The notes below the pieces were generated by a model. The model was not told the DNA's origin. It did not search any database and saw only the letters and a list, made by a program, of their open reading frames with translations. A DNA stretch of 64,000 nt, from positions 4,526,001 to 4,590,000 of the forward strand of contig OZ176055.1 of assembly GCA_964247055.1 (NCBI GenBank), read 5' to 3'. Source of the stretch: Paragordius varius (Eukaryota > Animalia > Nematomorpha). Positions 1-11,790 of this stretch are shown here, piece after piece. The number at the start of each line of letters is the position of its first letter. Positions within the stretch are counted from its first letter, which is position 1. The translations under genes were made by a program, and so were the position numbers.

Positions 1-251
1 GAAAATATCATGCTTCGCAAAAACACACTGGTTAAAATATTTCATAATCAAAATAAAATTGTCATTAATCTTAATTTAATGCTACAATCATAAATTATAT
101 TTTTATTTAAAGGTATTTTAAAACAGATTTTCGTACGAGTGTTTATTAATTATTTCGGGTTAATTTCCTGTTACATATTCCTTCATTATACACTATCATA
201 AACAAAAAGAATAAAAATGATAATATGAAATCTATAAAAATTTTCACTTAC

Positions 252-3200
252 TTTCCCAATCATAACGGTATTTTGGATCAAAGAAATAATGGCACATCTC
301 CCGAGCAGTAACGCCCTAAATATTAAAAATTGCAATCCGCATAAAGTTAGATGTTTAAAAGCTGGAATGGTATATCAACTAAAACTATAGCATAGGTTTA
401 ATTAACATGGCAAAAGCATAAAAACCACGCACTATTTCTTTTATATATTAAAATTCACCATGTTTACTAATTGGATTATAAAATGATCTCAAAATATTTA
501 TCCCTCAAAAAAATAATAAATCCTAACCTGGACATAATGAATGGCTTTAAGGGGGTCACACACCAGCCCTTCCTCTTCAAGTTCCCTTTTAAATATTTTC
601 ATATCCCCTTCCTGTGCTATTAATTGCCAAGCAGATATGTTCCCAATATTGATATTATTAGATATCGTATCGTTGTTTGTTGCTAAGCAAATAAACATCA
701 TTTTATCACCAAATTAACATGCAAAACTAAAAGACCTAAACCTTAAAGTAATTTTTTATGAGCTTTTTATATGTATTATTTTTCCTTTATAATATTTAAC
801 ATTTTTTATGTATCGTTTAAAAGATTAACTAATAGCAAATAATTACCTGTTAAATTTATATCGTTGTGCTCAACGTCAACTTGAGATATGACCAATTGAT
901 CTTTAAACACTTGTTCAATCTATATTAAAAGGGCATAATGTTACTTTGTAATGAAAAATAAACTAGCCAAGTTTTAATTTCCAAAAATAATAATAAAAAT
1001 GGTTTTATAGTCAAGCATCAAAATATAATTAACTCAAAATACAGTTAAGAGTCTCTTTTTCTTTTTTTATAAAGGTTATAACAACTTAAATTGCAACAGG
1101 ACCTGTGAAAGCTTTAACACTCGCCTGCTCAGGGCCAATTGACAGTGATGATCGAAAAATTGCGTGGTTTGGGGATTCGAACTTTGGCACACCACAGAAA
1201 CACAGTATAAGAGTCCAGCACTCTACCAACTCTCAAATATAGTTGACTTAATTTAGTATGGAGTAACACTTATCCATATGTGGTGTGATAGTTCTAATCA
1301 ATATCCATCTTGATTGTTAATAAAATCTTATTTTCAAAAATCATGAAAAAAACCCTAAAAAACTAAAACGAAGGGTTGGCTGATGAACATTCAATACTCT
1401 CCAAAAATGATTATTAATAATAAAAAATATTAACCTCGTATGAAAGTCGGTGAGTTTTAATGTTTGGTAACGATGATAAGTTGCTCTCGACAGAACTTTC
1501 CAGATTTTTAATGGAAGGAGCATTTATAGATTGTTGTAAAGCAAATTTCTGCCTTTGGCTCAAAACCTAAAATATGCAAAAATGTTATGATAGAAAAGCT
1601 TTGTATCTTAAATCTTTACCAATAAGGTAAATTTATCGAATATATTAAAAGAAAGCCGCAATTCCTATTTTAATCAATGTTACTGAGTTTTTCCTTTAAA
1701 CACCAAGTAATAATTTTATCAAATACATAAATGTAAGCTTACATATTCCTCCTTGTCTAATTTGTCAAGCGTCGTTTCAACAGCATCGAAAAATTCATCT
1801 TCTTTAATTGAACTGTGTGGTCCTTCCTTTAAACAACAAAAATAAAGTTTTGTAAATAATTAATTAAACGAAAAGTTGATTTTGGAATTTAGTAAATTGA
1901 ATAAATGATATTTTTACAAAAATAAAGTTGCAAATAAAGTAAAATTTTTGTTATAAAAACACAGAATAAGAACCTCAAAATCTGGGCCTCCGATTCTCAG
2001 AGCTTGTTTAACATTGAATGTTTGAGCCTGGCGGTAAAGTTCTTCAACCTTTTTCCGTTTTTCGATTTCCTAAAGAGTAAATTATAAACAATCAAAATAA
2101 CCCCTTTTATTTAGATCAGTATGTTAGTCGATAAACCGTTTTCCATCTTTATTTGTATGATATGATTTTTTGAATACTATATATTTATGCACCTTACTCA
2201 TAAAACGGACATTTTATTTTAAATAAGCCTTTATTTAAGTCAAGCCACATGCTAAATAATAAAAGTAGGATGGCCGGATTCCATAAAAATGTTTCAATTA
2301 TTATATGCTGGCCCACGATTGGTATATTTAAATTTGGAAATATAACTTTTTTAATATTTTAATGTTCAGAATTTTTTTCTAATAATTTGTTTATCCGTAT
2401 ATCCCAAATAGTAAACCTACAAAATATATGTTAACCGTTCATAGTCTTAATAGTATGTATATATATGTATATTGATTTAAATATAAAAAAAATATGTAAA
2501 TTAAAATGCGACATTTATCTATATTAAAATTATGGGTTTTTTACCATAATTTATATTAATTTAATCTAATATAGAAATTTAGATATTTTCAGCTGATAAA
2601 TTTTATAAGCGATAATAAACACAATGATGAATGCATTCATAAACCGGTCAAAATAACTATAATTATGTATTACTTTTAGGATTTCTTAACAAATCGATAA
2701 AAAACCCACATACAATAAAAAAATGAAATTATACAGACAAAACGTAAAAATTAAACAAATAATTTTTTAAAAAAACCATATCTTAGTGATCTATTTTTTA
2801 TATGTATAAAAATCTTATATATTTCAAAATTAGATAGATGGATAGTATTGATGTAAAAAAATCTAAGCTAATTGTCTCTAATGTATGAAAATATTCTAAT
2901 TTTTACATTTATCGGTATCATAATTTTTACTCTAAAAAAATATATAATTACCTGACCATTTAAAATGAAATACAAAGCATATCAATCCTTAAATTTAATA
3001 AATGGAAAACCCATTATAAAAAAGTATTTTGGTTACCCTAAATGTGATATTTTACTATAATTTTTTTAAGTATACCTTTTCGAGTTTTCGTCTCCATCGT
3101 TCCTCCCTTTGATACATGAGTTCAATACTGTGGCTGAGAGTGGCGACTAAGCCTGCTGCAGTTGCTTTGAAGGTGAAAGCTTCGCCCTTCAAATCCCATT

Positions 3201-6200
3201 TGTTCCATGGAATAGAGGAGCGCGCTTGATTTTCTATTGAACATACATGTGAAACACCTTACGTTTTTGTTAAAAATTAAAATATTAAACACTCTTCTCA
3301 TAAACAGTTTTAAGAATTCAAAATTAGAATTAAGATACATGGCTCATTGGAAACAAAATAATGTCAAGAATTTAATTTAATTTGAAATATTTTTATTATT
3401 TTTGAATATTACGCTAGGCGACAAATTTTGACTTTTTTTAACTGCCATATGGTAAAATTTAAATTTTAATTAAGTATACTATTCGAAATTGAAAATTTGA
3501 AAATATTTTTGACCTATCTTGAATAGATTTTGAAATTAATATTTTGCAAATTTTAAAACAATCGAAAAATCGGACGCCTGATCAAATATTTTATAAGATA
3601 GAAAAATATTGAGAATATGAAACTTATATCATTAAATAAAGCATACAAAACTGTATCTTTTACATATAAATATATATATATATAAGCTTTTAATCTTAAA
3701 TTGAGAGAATAGTAGTCAAATTATTTGCTTTTTTGCGAGCTCATCACAAACGTTTGTGCATGTCTCAGTGTAATTTTATAGATTAAAGCATCAGCTTTTA
3801 GAATATATATATTTTTTGTCCAATTTTAATTTTATCTTAAAGTTATGAACCAATTTAAGTACATCAGTGGCGAAAAACCCAATCCAATTTTATGCTAAAA
3901 TCTAAATTCCTTGTGAATATTTATATTTTTTAAATTTGAACGAAATGGATATGGTAAAATTAACATTTAAATATAGGCCGAGGTAAATGATCATAAAAAT
4001 GGATTAATCACATAGATTACATAAGCTTGTTTAGTATGGTATCCTGGTCATGTGAAGAAATTTTTAATTCGCAAAAATCTGAAAACTCAAACCTATTTAT
4101 TTTGTTTGAATAGATGGATATCTATAGATTATATTTAATCAATAAACTTAAAACCACAAATTAGTCGCGGCTAGAATTATTATTTTTATGGATGATGGAT
4201 GTAAAAAAATTTGCGACGAAGAATTTATTGGGGAATGAAAATTAATGCATTAAAGAAATATATATCAGCATTGCTTGTTGATTTATTCTTTTACTAGTTT
4301 GATATTTCATGCATAGTTATTAACGCTACTTTTTGGTTTTTATGATTTATTTTTATCATAGATTGTACTGAGCAATTTATTCATGCTAAATGAATCTATT
4401 TAATCCAAAATAAATACAATTTGAATACATTTATTAATTGTAAATACATATACATAGCATATAAATACATAAAAATTATGTATGATTCCAAATAATATCG
4501 GATATCATATTAATAGTATTTTTGTTATTATATATTTTTTCGAAAATCTTCAAGTCATGGTGCATTCTTTCACCGACTTGATCTGATATATTGTTTCTTC
4601 AGGAGCTCATACACCATGTGCATTTTCATGGACTTTTTACAACCTATATTTAATACAATGAGGTCCCCATATCCTAAAAACTTCCTATAAAATTTTCTGC
4701 CAATTCTTCATATCGTGGCGATTCGTATGATCCTATACATATTATAATATACTAACCTAAGAACCCAGAATCAAATTCTTGCATAGCATCAAATGCTAGC
4801 CTCTCTTTCTCATTAAGGAGTTCAAAAAAATAGGTATCTGTAAAAAATTTTTTCATCATGGGCCCCGTCACCACTCCGGCCTCTGCCTTAGCCTTGGTGA
4901 GTTTAAATTTGGATCGAAAATAAATAATAGATTTGGATGTTTTATCCAAGTTTTTCAATAAATACTGAAAAAATTCCAAGTGCTACATGTAAGCAGGGAA
5001 CGTAGACTTTGTTTATTTCGATAAGAGTTTCCTTTACACAATTATAATCCCAAGGACTGGGCATTATTTATGGATTCGAACATGGTTAAAAAATATTCAT
5101 TAGGTAAGCTTAAAATTTATATTGTTGAATAAACAGGGTAACATTATCCTTTAATAATTGGTATGCCAAGGCTGCCCAATTATGAAATGTTCGAAAAAAA
5201 TTTAGGGTGTGTAAATTAAACAAGGGATAATTGGAACATTATTGGTGACTTTAAAGTAGCTAAAAATTAACATTTAGGTCTTATTAATGATTGCCGGCTT
5301 GCAGGGTGGGTTCCCAAGTACCACTGCATATTTTGTTGGAACAGCAGGGAGCGTGACTTACACTATCGAACGAAAGACTGGGGTTCCAGAGTCTTCACAA
5401 TTGGATTGCATAATTGTGTGAGGGAACCCCTCATTGATATAAAGAAAGTGTACATCCCCTGCCTACATATAGCACTGGGACTCTTTTCAATATTTATTAA
5501 AAACTTGGATAAAACATCCAAATCGTTTATTTATTTTCAATCTAAACATAAACTCACCAAGGCTAAGGCAGAGGCCGGAGTGGTGACGGGGCCGGTGATG
5601 AAAAAAATATTTACAGATACATATTTTTTTGAACTACTTACTGAGAAAGAGAGGCTAGCATTTGATGCTATGCAAAAATTTGATTCTGGGTTCTTAGGTT
5701 TGTATATTATAATATGTATAGGATCTTACAAATCGCCACGATATCAAGAGTTGGCAGAAAATTTTATAAGAAGTTTTCAGGATATGGGTACCTCATTATA
5801 TTAAATATAGGTTGTCAAATGTCCATGAAAATTGAGCACCTGAAGAATTTTCCAGTAAACAATATATCAGATCAAGTCGGTGAAAGAATGCACCAGGACT
5901 TGAAGATTTTTGAAAAAGGATATGATAACAAAAATACTATTAATATGATATCCAATTTTATTTGGAATCATACATAATTTTTAAGTATTTATATGCTATG
6001 TATGTGTATTTACAATTAATATATGTATGCAAATTTATTTATTTTGGATTAAATAGATTTATTTAGCATGAATAAATTGCTCAGTACAATCTATGATAAA
6101 AATCTTAACATTAATATATTCTCTGTAACAATCTATGATAAAAATAAATCATAAAAATCAAAAAGTAGCGTTAATAATTATGCATGAAATATCAAACTAG

Positions 6201-9200
6201 TAAAAGAATAAATCAACAATCAATGCTGATATATTTTTCTTTAATGCATTAATTTTCATTCCCCAATAGATTTTTCGTGGCAAATTTTTTACATACATCA
6301 TGAATAAAAATAATAATTCTAGGCGCGACTAATTTGTGGTTCAGTTTATTGATTTAATATAATCTATAGATACCCATCAATTTATTCAAACAAAATAGGT
6401 TTGAGTTTTCAGATTTATGTGAATTAAAAATTTTCTTCACACGAACAGGATACCATACTCAACAAGCTCACGTAATCAATGTGATTATTTTTTATGATCA
6501 TTTACCTCGGCCTACATATAAATGTTATTTTACCATATCCATTTCGTTCAAATTTAAAAAATATAAATATCCACAAGGAATTTAGATTTCAGCAATAAAA
6601 TTGGATTGGGTTTCTCGCCACTGATGTACTTAAATTGATTCATAACTTTAAAATAAAATTAAAATTGGACAAATATATATATATATATATACATATTCTA
6701 AAAGCTGATGCTTTAATCTATAAATTAAATATGTTATCATTACATTGAGACATATTTACAAACGTTTGTGATGAGCTCGCAAAAAAGTAAATAATTTGAC
6801 TACTATTCTCTCAATTTAAGATTTTTAATAAAAACTTATATAATATATTTATATGTATGTAAAAGATACAGTTTTGTATGCTTTATTTAATGATATAAGG
6901 TTCATATTCTCAATATTTTTCTATCTTATAAAATATTTGATCAGGCGTCCGATTTTTCGATTATTTTAAATTTACAAAATATTAATTTTCTCAAAATCTA
7001 TTCAAGCTAGGTCAAAAATATTTTTAAATTCGGATTTGGAATAGTATACTTTACACTTTAAATTTTCACATATGGCAGTTAAAAAAAGTGAAAATTTGTT
7101 GTCTAGCGTTATAAATATTTATTTTGTTAAAATATTTATAATTGTTTTTTGTTATAATATGACACTCAAAAATACAATCTAGGTAGTTTTGGCATAAAAC
7201 TTTAATCGTTTTTATCAAAAAAGGGAGCCTTATTTATAGAAAGAGTTCACATAAAATACATAAGCTAAATATAGTTTTTAGGTACAGTTTAAAAGACTAA
7301 TATTATAATATATGCGATCATAAAATATATACGTGAAAGAGTCGAATTCGGCCCAGTGAAATTCTTGTTAATATTTTCAGTTGACCATTCCATTTCACTA
7401 TCTTTATGGCCTGTGAGTGAGTTGGTGGATGAGATATCATTTGAAACTTGAGATTCAAGATTACCATTATAAGGGCTTGTTAAAGAACTTAAATTGCTAT
7501 TATTAATATTAGATTCATTCGTAATATTGCTTTGTGCATTAGAGGTGTGAAGCGCATTCGTAAAATTACGTATTAATTTATCCCGCAGTAATGAACTAGC
7601 AGCTCCAAACAAATCCATTTTGGAAAATATATCTAGGGTTAATTAAGAGTTAGGGTTCATAATTTGTATTTAGCTTAAATAATTTATCAATGTGTAATCT
7701 ATTGAAGCCTTATAAATTTATGAAAAGCTATATAAGGAGCAAAAAGGATACTTTTGTTTTGAAATAATTTTTAACATTAGCCAGTTAATATACAAAGTTT
7801 GGAGGAAATTGTGTTATTTTCCAACTGATATCAAAAAAATAAGTAATATTAAATAGTTGTCCCAAAACAACCTCAAACTTTTTAAATAAATCAAAATTTT
7901 AGCCACAGTAAAAATGTAACGCGTAAAATTTAAAAAAACTTGGAACTGGTAGGGAGGGTGTTCTTCTATGCATGTGATACAAAAAGGATGATGTCAAAGG
8001 AGGCAATGTTTGAGATTTTGATGTAACAGGAAGACCCAAATTTTCATTATTAACGGTTGTTGGAGTGTTTAGTACATTAAAGGTGGTGGTTGTAGGATTT
8101 ATATCTTGTGTCATATGATTATTTTTGCTTTCTACAATAAACATATATGATAACGCCTTAAAATATGAAAACAAAACAAAAAAGTAAAAGACAAAACATT
8201 TTTATGTGAACCATCTTTTAGGGTCGCGAAATCAGAAAAAGGGCTAAGAAATATTATTTAACGCTATTTTATATTTCACAATGGTATCATGGATTTATAA
8301 AAAAAATATATCTTTTTGTGGTCAAAATATGAAAAATACTAATATAAACTAAAAAACTAAAATGACAAATGTGTAAAAACTAAATATTTATTTATAGAGA
8401 AAGCAATATTATTATTTAATTCTAATCCTTATTTTGCAACAAGGAAATGTGTATATATTCTAATATTTTTACGCTTTTTTGTCAATAAAATTTTGATAGT
8501 TATTGTAAAAATCTGGTCAGAATTATAAATTAGGTAACCTGGTGTGTATCTATGGGATAAGCTGTGATCATGATATTGATTGGTCGGAGAATTGGGTGTA
8601 TAGAGATTCGTATTACCATTGTTGTTATTGGAAATGGTAGTATCCTCGGTATGAAATCCAGAACTATTTGAAGTGGCGTTAGACAGAGAACTACTTAGCG
8701 AGATATTTTCACGATCATGGAACATATTATGACCTTTAAGGACGATTGGATGTGAAATGCTTGAATCCGTAGTAGAAAGTGTGGAACAAAAATCAAAATA
8801 TCGCAGAAGAACGTCGACTTGGTGTGAAAGAATGTCCCGAAATGTTTCCATATCTGATAGCTTTTCACGAAGTCCAAGACCCAGCTAATAAGTGAAGATA
8901 CAATTCTTTAAAGACTGTTAACACTTTCAGAAGAAACAAGTCAATATAATAAACATATGCTGACGAATATTGGATAACGCATATTAATGCTTCTAAATCT
9001 TAATTTTGTCCTAATGCTATAAAGATCAAAATATTTTTATACTTTTAACAAACAATTAGAGAAATGTATTTAATATTGATTGATCTGCTAAAATATATTA
9101 AAAACACTAGACAACAAATTTTGACTTTATTTAAATGGCAATTTTGTAAATTTAAAATTTATTTCTACATAAATAATATCTGAAAAAAATGGTCTAACAC

Positions 9201-10941
9201 CTAAGAAATTTTTTTTATTTGGGTATATGTGGAAAATTTTTGGTCCCGATTTAACATTCGATTTTCAAAAAATGTTTTATATATGTAGCCATGTATTTTA
9301 CATCATTCGAAAGAGCGTAAAAAACTGAATCGAATGGTAGTGAATCAGAATCAATCTGATATAAGAGTTAATTAGCTTTATATGGTCAAAATTTTCAACC
9401 CATAAATAAGTATATTTTCACAGACGAACTAATTCAAAAATCATATAAATAAAATTACTATAATTATTAGGGTTACATTAGTAAAGAGGATACTAAATGC
9501 ATAGTGATAACTGTAAACTATCACAATCGTTAAACAAATCAAAAATACCATAAACTCTGTTATTAGTCTTTGAAAAAAGTAAATCTCCTAAAGAACATAA
9601 ATTAATAATGATGAGATGGTAATTTTTTTAAAAAAAACTAATTTGAATGGCATAAAATCAATAAATAAGTGTTCATTCCAAAAAAACTTTTTTGTGATAT
9701 TTTTAGGAATATAATTATTGCTATTCCTACGGGTAATATTGCCGGATCTAAAAATCAAATTAGTGTCTCATAATTATGAACTAGGTATCTATATAAAATT
9801 TGAACTATTTTCATCCATTCGTCTTAAAAATATAATTATTTACAAAAACGCTCTCGCTTCGCGGGTTTGTCGCTTCCTATCTCCAATAATAACTCATGGT
9901 GTAAAACATATTAGTATGCATTTTGGAGAGTTTTCATTACTCTTTCGAATGATATATTACAAATGGCAAGTCGTCGTATATTTTCCAAGAAAAATATTTT
10001 ATAGTAAAATTTTAATAAAGCGGGCGCATAATCATAAAAAATCAAATTACAAAGAATCCCTGGGTCAAATCATAATTTTTAATTCGGATTTACTGTTAAA
10101 ATGATAGTGAATATCAGAAAATGCAAAAAATTCGAGTGGCAGAAAAATTTGTTGTCTAGTGTAATGAATTGGCCTAAATGTTTATTAAATTACGTTTATC
10201 ATTAAATCCACCTCTTTAAGCGCTCAATTTTAATATATTTTTTTGCCAAAAAGTAATATATAAATTATTAATTTGCAATACATCGTAATAAATTTAATAG
10301 CCATCAACAAAAGATCCTTATAATCATAATATATAATTAAAAATACATATTTATGATTTGTGAAATATAAATTAATTAAAACTTTAAATGAACTGATGGA
10401 TTGAGCTGACAAACTTGTCCCTGACGTTACTGACAAAGCAGATGGCTGGCGTTTAAGCATAAAAGTATTATTGTCGTTGCTGAATCCGGATTCCATCGTA
10501 ATCCCTCCCATGTTTATATTATTGTTGGATGAAAACAAACTACTAGGCGATTGCATAGTTGATTTATAGAAATCAAGTGCATCTAACCATCGCGTCCTAC
10601 ACCTAACAGTGTCACTTCTTAAATACCAGGCATTATCATTAAGTATGACATCAAAACGAAGTTCATCTAATTCATGTGACTAAGGTTACCATAAAAATTA
10701 AAATTACCGATATAATAGCTTTAACAAGTGATACAGCACCTCTACATCCACATTCGACATCATCTTCCGATTTATAGTAGCTTAGCGTTCCTTGTTTCAG
10801 TATAAAATATCTGTCTTGCCATCCATGTAAATAATTGGTCCATTTGGAAAGTGTTCCACGCATTTCAGGAATCGTCGCAGTAGAAACCCCATCTTCAAAA
10901 TGTTCATCGTCAGTAATCAAGGGATCTTCATTTAAAAACAT
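252..10941 (-). CDS. CERT1: Ceramide transfer protein (PH - Ser-rich - coiled coil - FFAT - START); 3' exons lie beyond position 1
   Basis: Phase-consistent GT-AG exons: 10941-10708, 10679-10383, 8884-8539, 8131-7940, 7632-7333, 3233-3076, 2069-1974, 1826-1743, 1566-1435, 919-847, 682-528, 315-252. Motifs: [22 protein letters not shown]; [15 protein letters not shown]; [15 protein letters not shown]; GGPDFEEGP; [13 protein letters not shown]; [34 protein letters not shown] and [13 protein letters not shown]. Boundaries of the low-complexity exons 3-5 are less certain. Confidence 0.93.
1075..1240 (-). mobile_element. tRNA-derived SINE-like element in a CERT intron
   Basis: Minus strand reads GAGTTGGTAGAGTGCTGGACT (A-box/tRNA 5' half) then GTTCGAATCCCC (B-box), followed by a non-tRNA body. 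No acceptor stem or CCA. Boundaries approximate. Confidence 0.55.
4476..5048 (-). pseudogene. Inverted second copy of the Chapaev3 transposase 3' half (left arm)
   Basis: ORF 4752-4979 is nearly identical to ORF 5406-5804. It retains the 24-nt intron (GTTAGTATATTATAATATGTATAG) and has independent deletions. Confidence 0.85.
5043..5977 (+). pseudogene. Chapaev3-like transposase core/C-terminus, decayed, with four micro-introns
   Basis: Motifs [12 protein letters not shown]|[16 protein letters not shown]|[33 protein letters not shown]|SYKS, DMG|[18 protein letters not shown] match the recalled Chapaev3 consensus (WRLFIDSS, DLKM..LLG.QGG, PPLHIKLGL, GERFHQD). Introns at 5085-5103, 5256-5277, 5698-5721, 5788-5810. 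Frameshifts near 5140 and 5315 and a premature TAA near 5217. Confidence 0.85.
9105..10161. mobile_element. Non-autonomous Chapaev3-family element in CERT intron 2
   Basis: TIRs CACTAGACAACAAATTTT / AAAATTTGTTGTCTAGTG, same family as 3412-7108. Subterminal regions are asymmetric. Flanks AAA/TAA give an imperfect TSD. Confidence 0.75.
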
Positions 10942-11459
10942 TCTGAGGTTGCAAAGGTTTTCATTTTCAAAACATATGAATTTTTGAAATCAAGAAAAAC
11001 ATCAGTTGAGAACTATGTTGAATTATAACACAATCTCTAAAAATCATAACATTGTGTAAGATTTCATAAATTAATTGGGTATCCCTTATAGATAAATAGT
11101 AATATGATTTTCCGAAAAAAATTTAACATTTCTGACCTTTTCACATTTTCCGCAATAAAATATTGGGGTAGTATATCATCTTTTAAAATATTACTTATTT
11201 GAAAGTTATATAAAATAAATTTAATAATTACAAATTTTTCTTCTGTATTAGATAAAAAAAATTATATTTTTACAATGTGTATACTAGATTTTATTAGTAC
11301 AGCTCCAATGCACTATAGAACTAAACAGCTTATTCTATTTTGCTACCAATTCAACTTGAAAGCTTACAAAGTTAATATTCACATCTTTCAGTCATAATAC
11401 ACACCCATTTCCCTATTAGAGATTTAAAAAATTAAAAGAAAGGTGATGTATCAATGCTT

Positions 11460-11790
11460 ACTAAATGTGGTGTACAGAGAAATTGGAAAGAAAAAATTAA
11501 AAACACAGACATCCTCGATTAAATTATTACTGAAATATCCTTATACGGCTTATGCCTTAAAATGAAACTATCTTACTTCGGCTCCCTACAAAAAGTTGAA
11601 GTATCAGCCTATGTCGGCAAAGTTGAAGACTCAAGAAAACGTGGCAGATGTAAAATGCGTTGGATCGATAATTTAACTAAAGAAACCAAACTATTAATGC
11701 AACAGTTGATAGCCATCACACCTAACCGTACAATATGGCGTAACTAAACTTACGAAATAGAGGCAAATCGAGCCCCATCTTAGCCACAAC
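11460..11790 (+). mobile_element. RTE-type LINE 3' fragment
   Basis: KLSYFGSL...GKVEDSRKRGRCKMRWIDNL...NRTIWR matches the typical RTE ORF2 C-terminus (YFGH..GK.EG.R.RGRP..RW.D). Confidence 0.7.

Larger units (their letters stand above)
3412..7108. mobile_element. Chapaev3-like (CMC) DNA transposon, palindromic derivative with two inverted right ends
   Basis: Termini CGCTAGGCGACAAATTTT / AAAATTTGTTGTCTAGCG, flanked by TTA on both sides (3-bp TWA-type TSD). About 1.6-1.7 kb inverted arms each carry the 3' part of the transposase. Lies in CERT intron 5. Confidence 0.85.

Noticed and set aside
1100-1240. Possible tRNA gene (A-box and B-box on the minus strand)
   Set aside because: No cloverleaf closure or acceptor stem, and an unrelated 3' body follows, so it is better explained as a SINE.
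5698-5810. Short palindromes inside micro-introns (ATATTATAATAT) as an Introner-like signature
   Set aside because: Expected by chance in near-pure AT sequence, and the micro-introns share no common sequence.
8470-8538. 26-nt micro-intron plus micro-exon (8512 onward) in CERT
   Set aside because: It leads to an in-frame TAA or a phase mismatch with the next exon. Direct splicing from 8539 to 8131 keeps the frame.
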